From Planctomycetales bacterium (GTDB taxonomy: Bacteria > 4484-113), in NCBI GenBank assembly GCA_037441675.1, contig JBBIRS010000001.1:96001-160000 (forward strand): a stretch of 64,000 bases of DNA. Reading direction: 5' to 3'. This document shows, one piece after another, positions 28,550-37,659 of this stretch; the stretch's first letter is position 1; each line of letters opens with the position of its first letter. The position numbers were made by a program, and so were the translations under genes. The notes beneath the pieces were generated by a model, which was not told where the DNA came from, made no database searches, and saw nothing but the letters and a program-made list of their open reading frames with translations.

Positions 28550-29160
28550 ATATTAAATTCCTCCGTTTCCTTTATTAAACAGTCTATATGATCTTGAACA
28601 ATATCAGACTTAAACCTCTGGGCAGATATTATTACATCTAGATACTTTACAGCAGTCTTTAAGTCATCATTTATAATGCAATAATCCAAATTAGCCAATC
28701 TGTGTATTTCTTCTCCAACCATTTTCCATCTCGTCATAGTATCTTCCGGCGTATCAGTTCCACGTTCCTTTAAGCGTTCAAGCATTACTTTTATGCTAGG
28801 TGGTAGTATAGCTACCGCGGTGAACTGAGGGAATTTTTCCTTTAGGTTCAAGGCTCCCTTTGAGTCCAGCTCAAATATTACTGTTTGAGTTGAGTTTTTC
28901 TTACTTTCCACGATGCTACGGGGTGTTCCATAATAATTCCCATAAACCTCTTCCCACTCTATGAAAAAGTGCTCCTTAATCTTTTTTTCAAACTCCTCTT
29001 TAGAGATAAAGGTATAGTCCGCACCATCCACTTCGCCCGCCCTCTTACTTCGCGTAGTGTGGCTAACGGAAAAAATGAACTCAGGATGAAGAGCCAACAA
29101 TTCGCGGATTATTGTGGACTTTCCTACTCCCGAGCAACCTGAAACAATTATTCCAATCAT
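28546..29160 (-). CDS. gmk: Guanylate kinase
   Basis: SGCSGVGKST, SVSHTTRSKRAGEVDGADYTF, YGNYYGT, RLKERGTD. Confidence 0.95.
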   Translation of the reverse strand: MIGIIVSGCSGVGKSTIIRELLALHPEFIFSVSHTTRSKRAGEVDGADYTFISKEEFEKKIKEHFFIEWEEVYGNYYGTPRSIVESKKNSTQTVIFELDSKGALNLKEKFPQFTAVAILPPSIKVMLERLKERGTDTPEDTMTRWKMVGEEIHRLANLDYCIINDDLKTAVKYLDVIISAQRFKSDIVQDHIDCLIKETEEFNI

Positions 29161-29250
29161 GCCTAATATCTTCTCTTAATATTAAAATTAAAAATTCTTC
29201 TCAGCAAACGGCTATTCCACTACTCCCACCATCTTATTAAAACATCTGAT

Positions 29251-30051
29251 CTAAGCTTTCTCATTAACCCTAGCAGCAATTACGTCAGTAGCATTTGCTA
29301 TCATTCCTTTACAAAATATCTCTTCAATAACTTTATACATGTACTCTTCTAATTCGGCGCGTTCAGAGGATGATAGCTCAACAGTCCTAGCTTCCGAAGA
29401 TGGGAGATTCACTCTTATCCTTACTCTTGCCGGATTACTGAAAAAGTCAACGCAAATAGTATTTCTTCCACTAATTGGAACATTATCCTTATACACAATA
29501 ATATACTGAACATCAGTCTGGAAAGGCAAAAACTTTAAATCTACAATTTTCTCGTAGGTAAACGCCCCGGATGTGTGGTCAATACTTTTCCTATCCTCAC
29601 CAAAGCGGAATCTTTCGCCCTCTATTTGTAAGTCAGTAGTGCCTGCTCTACTCCATATAGATCTAAAAAACCTAATTGCCGTCTCGGCATCAATAGTTCT
29701 AGTAGTCCTTTGGATGCTAATCCAAAGTATAGCGTCAAGTGCTTGCTGTAATAGGTCAAAATCAATACCCCTTATGTACATGTGATGGAATGTCTGCATT
29801 CTAAACGCTGAAGGGAAGCTTGCTCTATCAAAATCCCATCTTAACCTTTGATAAACCTTCATTAATTGCTTTTCCTTTGGATGCAGTGCAAATCTGGCTA
29901 ATCTGTGCTCTGTATATCTTGCAACTTCGGTGCTGTCTTTCATCATTTCGGGCGTGTCACCAAGATTGGTAACTAGGGGATACAGCCGAAAATATAAGTT
30001 TTCCTCTCTTATCATTCTATGTGCCAAAATGATTTGGCGAAAGAAATCCAT
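29251..30051 (-). CDS. Hypothetical soluble protein
   Basis: 266-aa ORF from ATG 30051 with TATAAT upstream; no motif recognised. Confidence 0.7.
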   Translation of the reverse strand: MDFFRQIILAHRMIREENLYFRLYPLVTNLGDTPEMMKDSTEVARYTEHRLARFALHPKEKQLMKVYQRLRWDFDRASFPSAFRMQTFHHMYIRGIDFDLLQQALDAILWISIQRTTRTIDAETAIRFFRSIWSRAGTTDLQIEGERFRFGEDRKSIDHTSGAFTYEKIVDLKFLPFQTDVQYIIVYKDNVPISGRNTICVDFFSNPARVRIRVNLPSSEARTVELSSSERAELEEYMYKVIEEIFCKGMIANATDVIAARVNEKA

Positions 30052-30279
30052 TAAACTAACGCCTAAATTATTAATTATAGCCTTAGGAAGTAGGACTGTT
30101 AGCATTGGTTATTATTAAAGATTGAACCTTTATTATACTGAATATTTAATTAGCCATTCAAATATTTTTTCTGCCCCAAATATTACTCTTGAGATAACAG
30201 ATAATTGCTCACTTAGATTTTTAATCATTTAAGGTCATTGTTAAGGGAGTTAAAAAGATGATGTTAGAATGTAACCACT

Positions 30280-30918
30280 ATGAAGCGTGAAAGTAGAATC
30301 AAACCAAACCTGAGAGATGGCCGTGCATTTGCCTATCTTGTAGGTCTGCAGGAGTATCTCTTGTCCGAGAAGGGTTGTCCTTGGGATAGGGAACAAGACC
30401 TTAAAAGCCTAAGGCATTACGTAATGCAAGAAGCCGAGGAAGTTGTCAGCGCCATAGATAATCTTCTAATTCTTGAGAAGAAGCTTAAAAGGGCTCTTTC
30501 CCTGGAATCTGCGCAGCAGATTGTTCGTGAGCATCATAAGGCAAGTGGGGGTAAGTTTTCCATAACCCGGAGGAGTAAGTTAAAGGAGCCTTCCAATAAT
30601 TATTCAGCTTTAGAAAGAAATCTCAATAAAACTACGCGAGAGCTTTTGAATAGATGGCAAGAAGCCAGGGATGCGCTAAAAGAGGAAATAGGCGATCTCC
30701 TAATGCAGCCCATTTTTGAAAGCAAGGTGGCGGAGAAGCTAGGTTATTTCTCCCTTTGTGATGTCATCAACTCACTCTACGAGAAGCTAATACGTCGGCA
30801 TCCCCACGTTTTTCATGAAATAAAAGCCAAAACATCCAAAGAAGTTCTAAAAAAATGGCGCGAAATCAAGAAAGAAGAGAAAAAGAATCGACGAGATTAC
30901 CTGTCACCATTGGGGTAA
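30280..30918 (+). CDS. mazG: Single-domain MazG-family nucleoside triphosphate pyrophosphohydrolase with an internal insertion
   Basis: GCPWDREQ..EAEEVVSAID; LKEEIGDLL; EKLIRRHPHVF; W..IKKEEK. Confidence 0.82.
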   Translation: MKRESRIKPNLRDGRAFAYLVGLQEYLLSEKGCPWDREQDLKSLRHYVMQEAEEVVSAIDNLLILEKKLKRALSLESAQQIVREHHKASGGKFSITRRSKLKEPSNNYSALERNLNKTTRELLNRWQEARDALKEEIGDLLMQPIFESKVAEKLGYFSLCDVINSLYEKLIRRHPHVFHEIKAKTSKEVLKKWREIKKEEKKNRRDYLSPLG

Positions 30919-30972
30919 ATACTTGTTTAGTTGATATGTATAACTCGTAAGGCATTTCAGCTAAGCTTAGCG

Positions 30973-32043
30973 TTACTTTTCATCTCCAAACAGGTTAGCT
31001 TCGCCCTTAAACGACGTTGAAGAGAATTTTGCTTGCGTCTTGAAGTATTCATAAGCTTTTCTTGTAGCTACCCTTCCTCTGGGTGTCTTCTCTAGGTATC
31101 CTTCCTTTAGCAGATAAGGTTCGTAAACGTCTTCAATGGTGTCTCTCTCTTCGTTGAGGACCGCAGAGATGCTATCAATACCCACAGGTCCACCTTGAAA
31201 ATTATTGAGAACCGCCAAAAGAACGCGACGATCCATCTCGTCCAATCCATCTTCGGAGATACCTAGCTGATTTAGGGCTTTCTCCGCAACCTCAGGAGTG
31301 ATACTTTCAAATCCGGCGACCGTTGCATAATCCCATACGCGTTTTAACAATCTAAGGGCAACCCGAGGTGTCCCCCGTGCTCTTTTGGCAATAGCTATGA
31401 TACTTGAGGGCTCAATAGAAATCCTGCTCTCCCCAATCTTTCTTTCAAGTATCTGTACAATTTCTGCTTCATCATAGAAGTTTAGGTGAAAAACTGCGCC
31501 GAACCTATCTCTTAGTGGTGCGGTCAAAAGTCCGCTTCTAGTAGTCGCTCCTATGAGTGTGAATTTACATAGATTTAGTGGGATGATTCGGGCTCCAGGT
31601 CCTTTCCCAATTACGACGTCCACTCGGAAATCCTCCATTGCGCTATATAGGGTTTCCTCTACAGGCCTACTAAGGCGATGTATTTCATCGATAAACAAAA
31701 CTTGCTTCTCCTTCAAGCTAGTAAGGATTGCAACCAAGTCGCCCGCACGCTCAAGTAGTGGACCAGTTGTAACGCTTATGGGAACAGACATTTCGTTTGC
31801 CAAGATATGAGCCAAAGTGGTCTTCCCAAGACCAGGAGGACCAGAAAATAGAATATGCTCTAGAGAAGTGCCTCTCTTTTTAGCCGCCTCAAGCATTATT
31901 CGGACGTTTGAGACGACGCGCTTTTGCCCAACGAAATCCTCAATTCTCGCGGGTCTTGCGGTGCTTAATGCATCTGCCTCTTCTTTATTTGGCGAAACTA
32001 ACCTCTCCTTCGTTGGCGTGCTTTTACCACTATCCTTTGCCAT
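30973..32043 (-). CDS. ruvB: Holliday junction branch migration helicase RuvB
   Basis: GPPGLGKTTLA, FIDEIHRL, GATTRSGLL, RGTPRVA, EPYLL, TPRGR. Confidence 0.97.
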   Translation of the reverse strand: MAKDSGKSTPTKERLVSPNKEEADALSTARPARIEDFVGQKRVVSNVRIMLEAAKKRGTSLEHILFSGPPGLGKTTLAHILANEMSVPISVTTGPLLERAGDLVAILTSLKEKQVLFIDEIHRLSRPVEETLYSAMEDFRVDVVIGKGPGARIIPLNLCKFTLIGATTRSGLLTAPLRDRFGAVFHLNFYDEAEIVQILERKIGESRISIEPSSIIAIAKRARGTPRVALRLLKRVWDYATVAGFESITPEVAEKALNQLGISEDGLDEMDRRVLLAVLNNFQGGPVGIDSISAVLNEERDTIEDVYEPYLLKEGYLEKTPRGRVATRKAYEYFKTQAKFSSTSFKGEANLFGDEK

Positions 32044-32049
32044 GCAATT

Positions 32050-32058
32050 AGTTTAACA
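32050..32058 (-). promoter_or_regulatory. Extended -10 (TGTTAAACT) 6 nt before the ruvB ATG; probable leaderless promoter
   Basis: Minus strand reads TGTTAAACT-aattgc-ATG; no SD. Confidence 0.55.
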
Positions 32059-32113
32059 TATGCTAAGTGTTTTGCGGTTTGCTCAAACGCAACTCACCGT
32101 GTTTGACTTAGAC

Positions 32114-32623
32114 CTACCCCATTACCTCAACTCTGCTAGTACTTTCTCTTTCCTCTACCTTTGGCTTATAAAGCTCCACCACCGATCTATCCTTTATGGT
32201 GATTCCGTTTAAGTGGTCTATCTCATGCTGGACAATCCTTGCGGAAAGCCCGTCAAGGACGGCTACATTCTCTTTAAGGGAAGTATCACAGTATTTCACT
32301 TTAATCTTAGTCGCACGTGGTATAAGTCCAACTAATCCTCTGAAGGATAGGCATCCTTCCTCTCCCAACTCCTCTCCTTCTGAAGCAACAATTGTAGGAT
32401 TGATGTAAACCTCTAGTTGTTCACGTTCAAGATTGAAGGCAAGCATAACCCTGTACGGAGCTCCAATCTGCGGAGCTGCCAATCCGACACCCTTTTCAGC
32501 TTCAACGGTATCTTTCATATCCTGAATCAAAGCTGGCAGGTCAATTAATTCCTTCTTTCCAACCCTCTTGACTGGCTTCATAAGAATTTTGGCTGGGTAC
32601 TGGATAACGTTTCTAACTGCCAT
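32114..32623 (-). CDS. def: Peptide deformylase
   Basis: GVGLAAPQIG, EGCLS, QHEIDHLNG. Confidence 0.96.
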   Translation of the reverse strand: MAVRNVIQYPAKILMKPVKRVGKKELIDLPALIQDMKDTVEAEKGVGLAAPQIGAPYRVMLAFNLEREQLEVYINPTIVASEGEELGEEGCLSFRGLVGLIPRATKIKVKYCDTSLKENVAVLDGLSARIVQHEIDHLNGITIKDRSVVELYKPKVEERESTSRVEVMG

Positions 32624-32776
32624 TTTGGTATCCTAAAAAGGTTATCCCAGTATAATACCTTTAGAATTGGTTATATTTTCCAATTTATTACTATAACCTC
32701 TTGCAAACGTATTTATGCAAAATTAAGATAAGCTTATTTAAGAGCAAATTTTTATTATAAGGGAGTGCAGTGAGAA

Positions 32777-33970
32777 ATGGTTTCAAATTCTTCATTGATA
32801 AGTGGAATCTCTGTGGAAGTCAGGAAGATTTATGATGATGTGGTCAAATATCGTCGTTACTTTCATAAAAACCCCGAGCTATCGCTCAAAGAATTCGAAA
32901 CAGCAAGTTTCATAGAGAAAGAACTCAAACGGATGGGATATTCTCCAAAGAGACTTATTGGGACTGATGTTGTAGCGGTTTTAGATTCTAGGAAAAGCGG
33001 GCCGACAATTATGCTTCGGGCGGATATGGATGCGCTTCCAGTAGTTGAAGAAAATTCACACAGTTTTGTAAGTTGCTCCAGAGGTGTAATGCACGCCTGT
33101 GGACATGACGCTCATATGGCAATGCTTCTTGGGCTTGCCTCATACTTTAGGAAAAATGGGATTCCCCGCGGTAAGATTAAGTTCTGTTTTCAACCAGGGG
33201 AGGAGGGAGCTGATGGTGCAGGAAAGATGGTTGAGGCGGGGGTGCTCAATTCTCCAAAGGTTAATTTCGCATTCGGAATGCATGTCTGGTCTCCTTTACC
33301 AGTTGGTGAAGTAGCTGTTCTATCCGGTCCCTGTATGGCAGCAGTAGATGAGTTCGAAGTGACAGTTCTCGGAAGCGGAGGTCATGCCGCATATCCACAG
33401 ACTGCAGTTGACCCCGTCTTCGTCAGTTCAATGATCATTCAATCACTTCAAGGTATAGTTTCTAGAAATGTAAACCCACTCCAGCCAGCTGTCTTAACCG
33501 TTAGCTCCATTCAAGCAGGTAATGCCTTTAATGTGATACCTAGTCAAGCAGTTCTAAAAGGCACTGTTAGAACCTTTCAGAAAGAAACCCGGAAACTTAT
33601 TAAGAGAAGGTTCAAGGAGATTGTAGAAGGGGTAGCAAAGGCTCACAACTGCACAGCCAAAATCTCATATTTTGACAAGGTGCCGGCAACCATTAATCAT
33701 CCAGAAATGTCCGATTTTGTTAGGAAAATTGCGGCTAAACTATTTGGTTCTAAAAATCTTAGGGATGTTGAGCCGACTATGGGTGGGGAGGATTTTTCCC
33801 GTTATGCTGAAAAAGTTCCAGCTGTTTTCGCCTGGATAGGAGCAGGAAATGAAAAGTTGGGTGCAAAGTATCCTCATCACCACCCCAAATTTAACATTGA
33901 TGAAATTTCGATGCTTATCGGTATGGAACTTGGCAAAGAAGTTGCTTTGACTTATCTTGAGACTCATTGA
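32777..33970 (+). CDS. M20D family amidohydrolase
   Basis: HKNPELS..E, RADMDALP, MHACGHDAH, FQPGEEG, GGHAAYP, MGGEDF, HHPKF. Confidence 0.93.
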   Translation: MVSNSSLISGISVEVRKIYDDVVKYRRYFHKNPELSLKEFETASFIEKELKRMGYSPKRLIGTDVVAVLDSRKSGPTIMLRADMDALPVVEENSHSFVSCSRGVMHACGHDAHMAMLLGLASYFRKNGIPRGKIKFCFQPGEEGADGAGKMVEAGVLNSPKVNFAFGMHVWSPLPVGEVAVLSGPCMAAVDEFEVTVLGSGGHAAYPQTAVDPVFVSSMIIQSLQGIVSRNVNPLQPAVLTVSSIQAGNAFNVIPSQAVLKGTVRTFQKETRKLIKRRFKEIVEGVAKAHNCTAKISYFDKVPATINHPEMSDFVRKIAAKLFGSKNLRDVEPTMGGEDFSRYAEKVPAVFAWIGAGNEKLGAKYPHHHPKFNIDEISMLIGMELGKEVALTYLETH

Positions 33971-33988
33971 GGAGTTACCTTTTCAGGT

Positions 33989-36900
33989 ATGGATGGATTC
34001 GTTCATCTTCATAATCACTCGGAGTATTCGCTACTTGATGGGATAGCGACATTTGATTCAATAGTCAAAAGACTACGCGATACTGGGATGGACGCGTTTG
34101 CCCTTACTGATCATGGAGCACTTTACAGCGCAGTAGGTTTTTTCACTCGGCTTAAGTCTGAAGGTCTTCATCCAATATTAGGTTGTGAGGTTTATGTCGC
34201 CCCAAGGCGATGTAACGATAAGGTAAATGATGTTGATAAATTAAACAGACACTTAATTCTTCTCGCTGAAAATTCAACTGGCTACAAGAATTTGATGAAG
34301 CTTGTGTCTCTCGCTTGGACCATCGGATATTACTACCGCCCAAGGATTGACTTTGATATTTTGAAGGAACATAAGGAAGGTTTAATAGCGCTCTCTGCTT
34401 GTCTTCAAGGTATTGCTTCTGCGCCTTTTAGATATGAAGGTGAAGAGATAGCGTTAGGTGAGATAATTCGCTATGCAAATCTATTTGGGGAGAACCACTT
34501 CTACTTGGAACTACAGAATCACAATCTTCCTGAGGAAGCACAGGTTCGCCAATTTCTAATTGATTCTGCACAGAGGTTAGGTTTACCACTAGTCGCTACG
34601 AATGACTGCCATTACTCACTTCCCGAGGATGCCGGAGCACATGACATTGCCCTTTGCCTTCAAACAAGGGCAAGCTTGGATGACCCAAATAGACTGAAAT
34701 TTGCAACAAATGAATACTTCATCAAAACACCTTCAGATATGCGAGCTTTGTTCAAGGATGTCCCAAGCGCTTGCGATAATACTCTTGAAATTGCCAAAAG
34801 ATGTGAGGTGGAGATAACTGACAATAAGATTCATTTTCCCTTCTTTGAGCTTCCGAAAGATAAGGCGGGCTTGAGCCATTTTGAATTTCTTAGAGAAAAG
34901 TGCTTTGAAGGAGCGAAAAGCAGGTACGGTGAGGAACTACCAAAGCCAGTAATTGATAGGTTGGAGGAAGAGCTTTCGGTGATTGAGTCTACAGGATTTT
35001 CAACTCTTTTTCTGATAGTATGGGACCTTCTGCGATACGCTAGGGAAAGGGGAATTCCGGTGGGTCCGGGTAGGGGCTCCGCCGCCGGTAGTCTTGTTGC
35101 CTATTGCCTCTTTATCACGAATCTTGACCCTCTAAAGCACGGTCTATTCTTTGAGCGTTTCCTCAATAAAGAGCGTGTTGAGTTGCCCGATTTTGATTTG
35201 GACTTCTGCTTTGAACGGCGTGACGAAATGATTGAATATGTTAGGCAGAAGTATGGAGAAGATTGCGTAGCTCAAATAATTACTTTCTCTACGCTCAAGG
35301 CAAGGGCTGTGATAAAAGCGGTTGGTAGAGTGAAAAACCTTGAGTTCGCTTATGTGGATAGGCTTACAAAGAAGATAAGTGGATTAAATGTCCGCATTTC
35401 GGAAGCTCTAAATTCAAACGCGGAGCTTGCAAACATTGTAGCGAGGGATCCCACTGCCAGGCAATTATTTCTTGACGCATCTAAACTAGAAGGGCTCGTC
35501 TCACACGTAAGTGTCCACGCAGCAGGCGTTGTTATTAGTGATGTTGATCTTACTGAATATGTTCCTTTAAGAAGTGTTAAAGATAGCCCAATGCTAGTTA
35601 CCCAGTACGATATGGATGCCATAGCTAAGGTTGGTCTTCTTAAGTTTGACTTTCTAGGGCTAAAAACTCTAACAGTTATAGATAAATGTCTCAAATACGT
35701 AAGAGATATTGAAGGGATAACTATTGAGTTAAATTCCATACCCTTAGATGATCAGGCGGTTTTTGAGAATATCTACACAAAGGGTAATACTTTCGGCGTA
35801 TTTCAGTTTGAAGCTCCGCATATAGTTAGGATAATGCGAGAGACGCGCCCAAGGTCAATTGAAGACCTAACCGCCTTAAATGCGCTCAACCGACCAGGCC
35901 CTATGGACAGCGGAATGGTTGAGCTATACGTTAGTAATTCCAAGGGTACTCAAAAACGCAAAGATACCCTTCCGCAATTGCAATCGATCCTTTCACCAAC
36001 TGGCGGTGTTCTCTTATACCAGGAACAGGTTATGCAAATTGCAAGAGAGTTAGCGGGATACACTCTCGGTGAGGCTGATTTGCTAAGAAAGGCAATGGGC
36101 AAGAAGATACCTTCTCTGATGCAGAAGCAGAGGGATGAATTCTGTCGGCGAGCTGTTGAAAGAGGTATCAAGAAGAAGAAAGCCGAAGAAATCTGGGAGA
36201 TGATGGAGAAATTTGCACGCTACGGTTTCAACAAAGCTCATTCCGCCTGCTACGCCTATCTCTCCTATCGGTCCGCATATTTGAAGTTCTACTATCCGCA
36301 ATATTTCCTTGCAGCTTTTCTAAACTGTTATATGTCTGATCCAGACAAAGTGGCAGGTGCTCTGAATGAATGCAACTCCCTCTCAGTTGGAATAATCTCC
36401 CCCTCGGTGAACTTATCTGAATATGATTTCGTTCCCACAAAAGACAGAAAGATTATTTTTGGATTAGGTGGAATTAAGCATTTGGGACATTCCGCAGTTG
36501 AGGAGATTGTAGCTGAACGAAAGAATGGCAAGTTCAAGTCAATTGAAGATTTTGTAGCTAGAGTTAATAGCACTGCGGTTAATCGAACTTCTCTTGAATT
36601 TCTTATTAAGGCAGGAGCCTTCGAAGAGTTCAATGTGGATAGAAAGACCCTGTTAAAGAACCTAGACTGGTATCTGTCACGGAAACACCACTCAACCCAG
36701 ATAGGGATATTTGTTGAGGAACCGCCTATTTCTACAGTTGCCAGCACGCCTATTCCTGTTGAGATAGCCAAGTTTGAGCGTGAAAGTATCGGGATCTACC
36801 TAACCCATAATCCTTTTGAGAATGCTCATGTTCTGCGAGATAGCAGAATCCAACAGATACCTTACCTCTATAATCTCCTAGAACAAAAGAGAGGTGCTTT

Positions 36901-37501
36901 AAGTGGTGATAGGCTAACAATTGGTGGAGTTTTAGATGAGGTTGAAGTAAGAGTTTCTAAGAAAAAACAAAGATACGCAACTGGCAAGCTCTGCTCAATG
37001 AGTCACTCTGTAAATTTTATTTTGGGTCCAACTGTTCTTGCTAGATGTGAAAACTTATTGAGAAATGGGAACGAAGTTGTAATGACTGGAAGGGTTAGCT
37101 TGGATGAAGCTGGTGAAGAGAGCATTGAAGAGTTATCCCAATCACTGAAACTTTTCGTTGATAGGCTTGAGCTGTATATCCCATTCAATCAAGGCGCCAC
37201 TAATGCAACCTTACAGGCGACTCCTTCAGGCACAAATGACAAGCGGCTTATATCTCAGGCTATAGAAGAAGCAATTTTCATAATTCCACCAGGGCAATCT
37301 ACGGAAGTCTTAAGAAAGTTACGTGAAAGCTTACAAAAAGCTCCGGGGAATACTCCTGTTTCTATCCTAGTTAAGTTGCGAGGTGAAAAGCCCTTCAAAC
37401 TCTATCTAGGAAGAGAATTCAACTCCGCAAGTGAAGCTCTATCTGGAATAAGTGCGAACTTAGGGCTAAAACTTCATCTGATTTATTCACATACCCATTA
37501 G
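33989..37501 (+). CDS. dnaE: DNA polymerase III alpha subunit
   Basis: PHP domain HLHNHSEYSLLDG; GPGRGSAAGS; PDFDLDF; HAAGVVI; KFDFLGL; YGFNKAHS; no intein seen. Confidence 0.97.
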   Translation: MDGFVHLHNHSEYSLLDGIATFDSIVKRLRDTGMDAFALTDHGALYSAVGFFTRLKSEGLHPILGCEVYVAPRRCNDKVNDVDKLNRHLILLAENSTGYKNLMKLVSLAWTIGYYYRPRIDFDILKEHKEGLIALSACLQGIASAPFRYEGEEIALGEIIRYANLFGENHFYLELQNHNLPEEAQVRQFLIDSAQRLGLPLVATNDCHYSLPEDAGAHDIALCLQTRASLDDPNRLKFATNEYFIKTPSDMRALFKDVPSACDNTLEIAKRCEVEITDNKIHFPFFELPKDKAGLSHFEFLREKCFEGAKSRYGEELPKPVIDRLEEELSVIESTGFSTLFLIVWDLLRYARERGIPVGPGRGSAAGSLVAYCLFITNLDPLKHGLFFERFLNKERVELPDFDLDFCFERRDEMIEYVRQKYGEDCVAQIITFSTLKARAVIKAVGRVKNLEFAYVDRLTKKISGLNVRISEALNSNAELANIVARDPTARQLFLDASKLEGLVSHVSVHAAGVVISDVDLTEYVPLRSVKDSPMLVTQYDMDAIAKVGLLKFDFLGLKTLTVIDKCLKYVRDIEGITIELNSIPLDDQAVFENIYTKGNTFGVFQFEAPHIVRIMRETRPRSIEDLTALNALNRPGPMDSGMVELYVSNSKGTQKRKDTLPQLQSILSPTGGVLLYQEQVMQIARELAGYTLGEADLLRKAMGKKIPSLMQKQRDEFCRRAVERGIKKKKAEEIWEMMEKFARYGFNKAHSACYAYLSYRSAYLKFYYPQYFLAAFLNCYMSDPDKVAGALNECNSLSVGIISPSVNLSEYDFVPTKDRKIIFGLGGIKHLGHSAVEEIVAERKNGKFKSIEDFVARVNSTAVNRTSLEFLIKAGAFEEFNVDRKTLLKNLDWYLSRKHHSTQIGIFVEEPPISTVASTPIPVEIAKFERESIGIYLTHNPFENAHVLRDSRIQQIPYLYNLLEQKRGALSGDRLTIGGVLDEVEVRVSKKKQRYATGKLCSMSHSVNFILGPTVLARCENLLRNGNEVVMTGRVSLDEAGEESIEELSQSLKLFVDRLELYIPFNQGATNATLQATPSGTNDKRLISQAIEEAIFIIPPGQSTEVLRKLRESLQKAPGNTPVSILVKLRGEKPFKLYLGREFNSASEALSGISANLGLKLHLIYSHTH

Positions 37502-37614
37502 GTGGAATGCATTCATAGGTAGAGGTAAACCTTTAAGTAAGGTTCAACATCTGAACTGCCACACAAGGAATTGGTCGGATGACAATCCTATCAACGGCTA
37601 TTTAGGATAAATTC

Positions 37615-37623
37615 TGCTATAAT
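37615..37623 (+). promoter_or_regulatory. Extended -10 promoter (TGCTATAAT) of gyrA
   Basis: Consensus TGnTATAAT 36 nt before the ATG. Confidence 0.55.
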
Positions 37624-37659
37624 GGTTAATAACTTATCACTGCCACTTAGGTCACCAAT

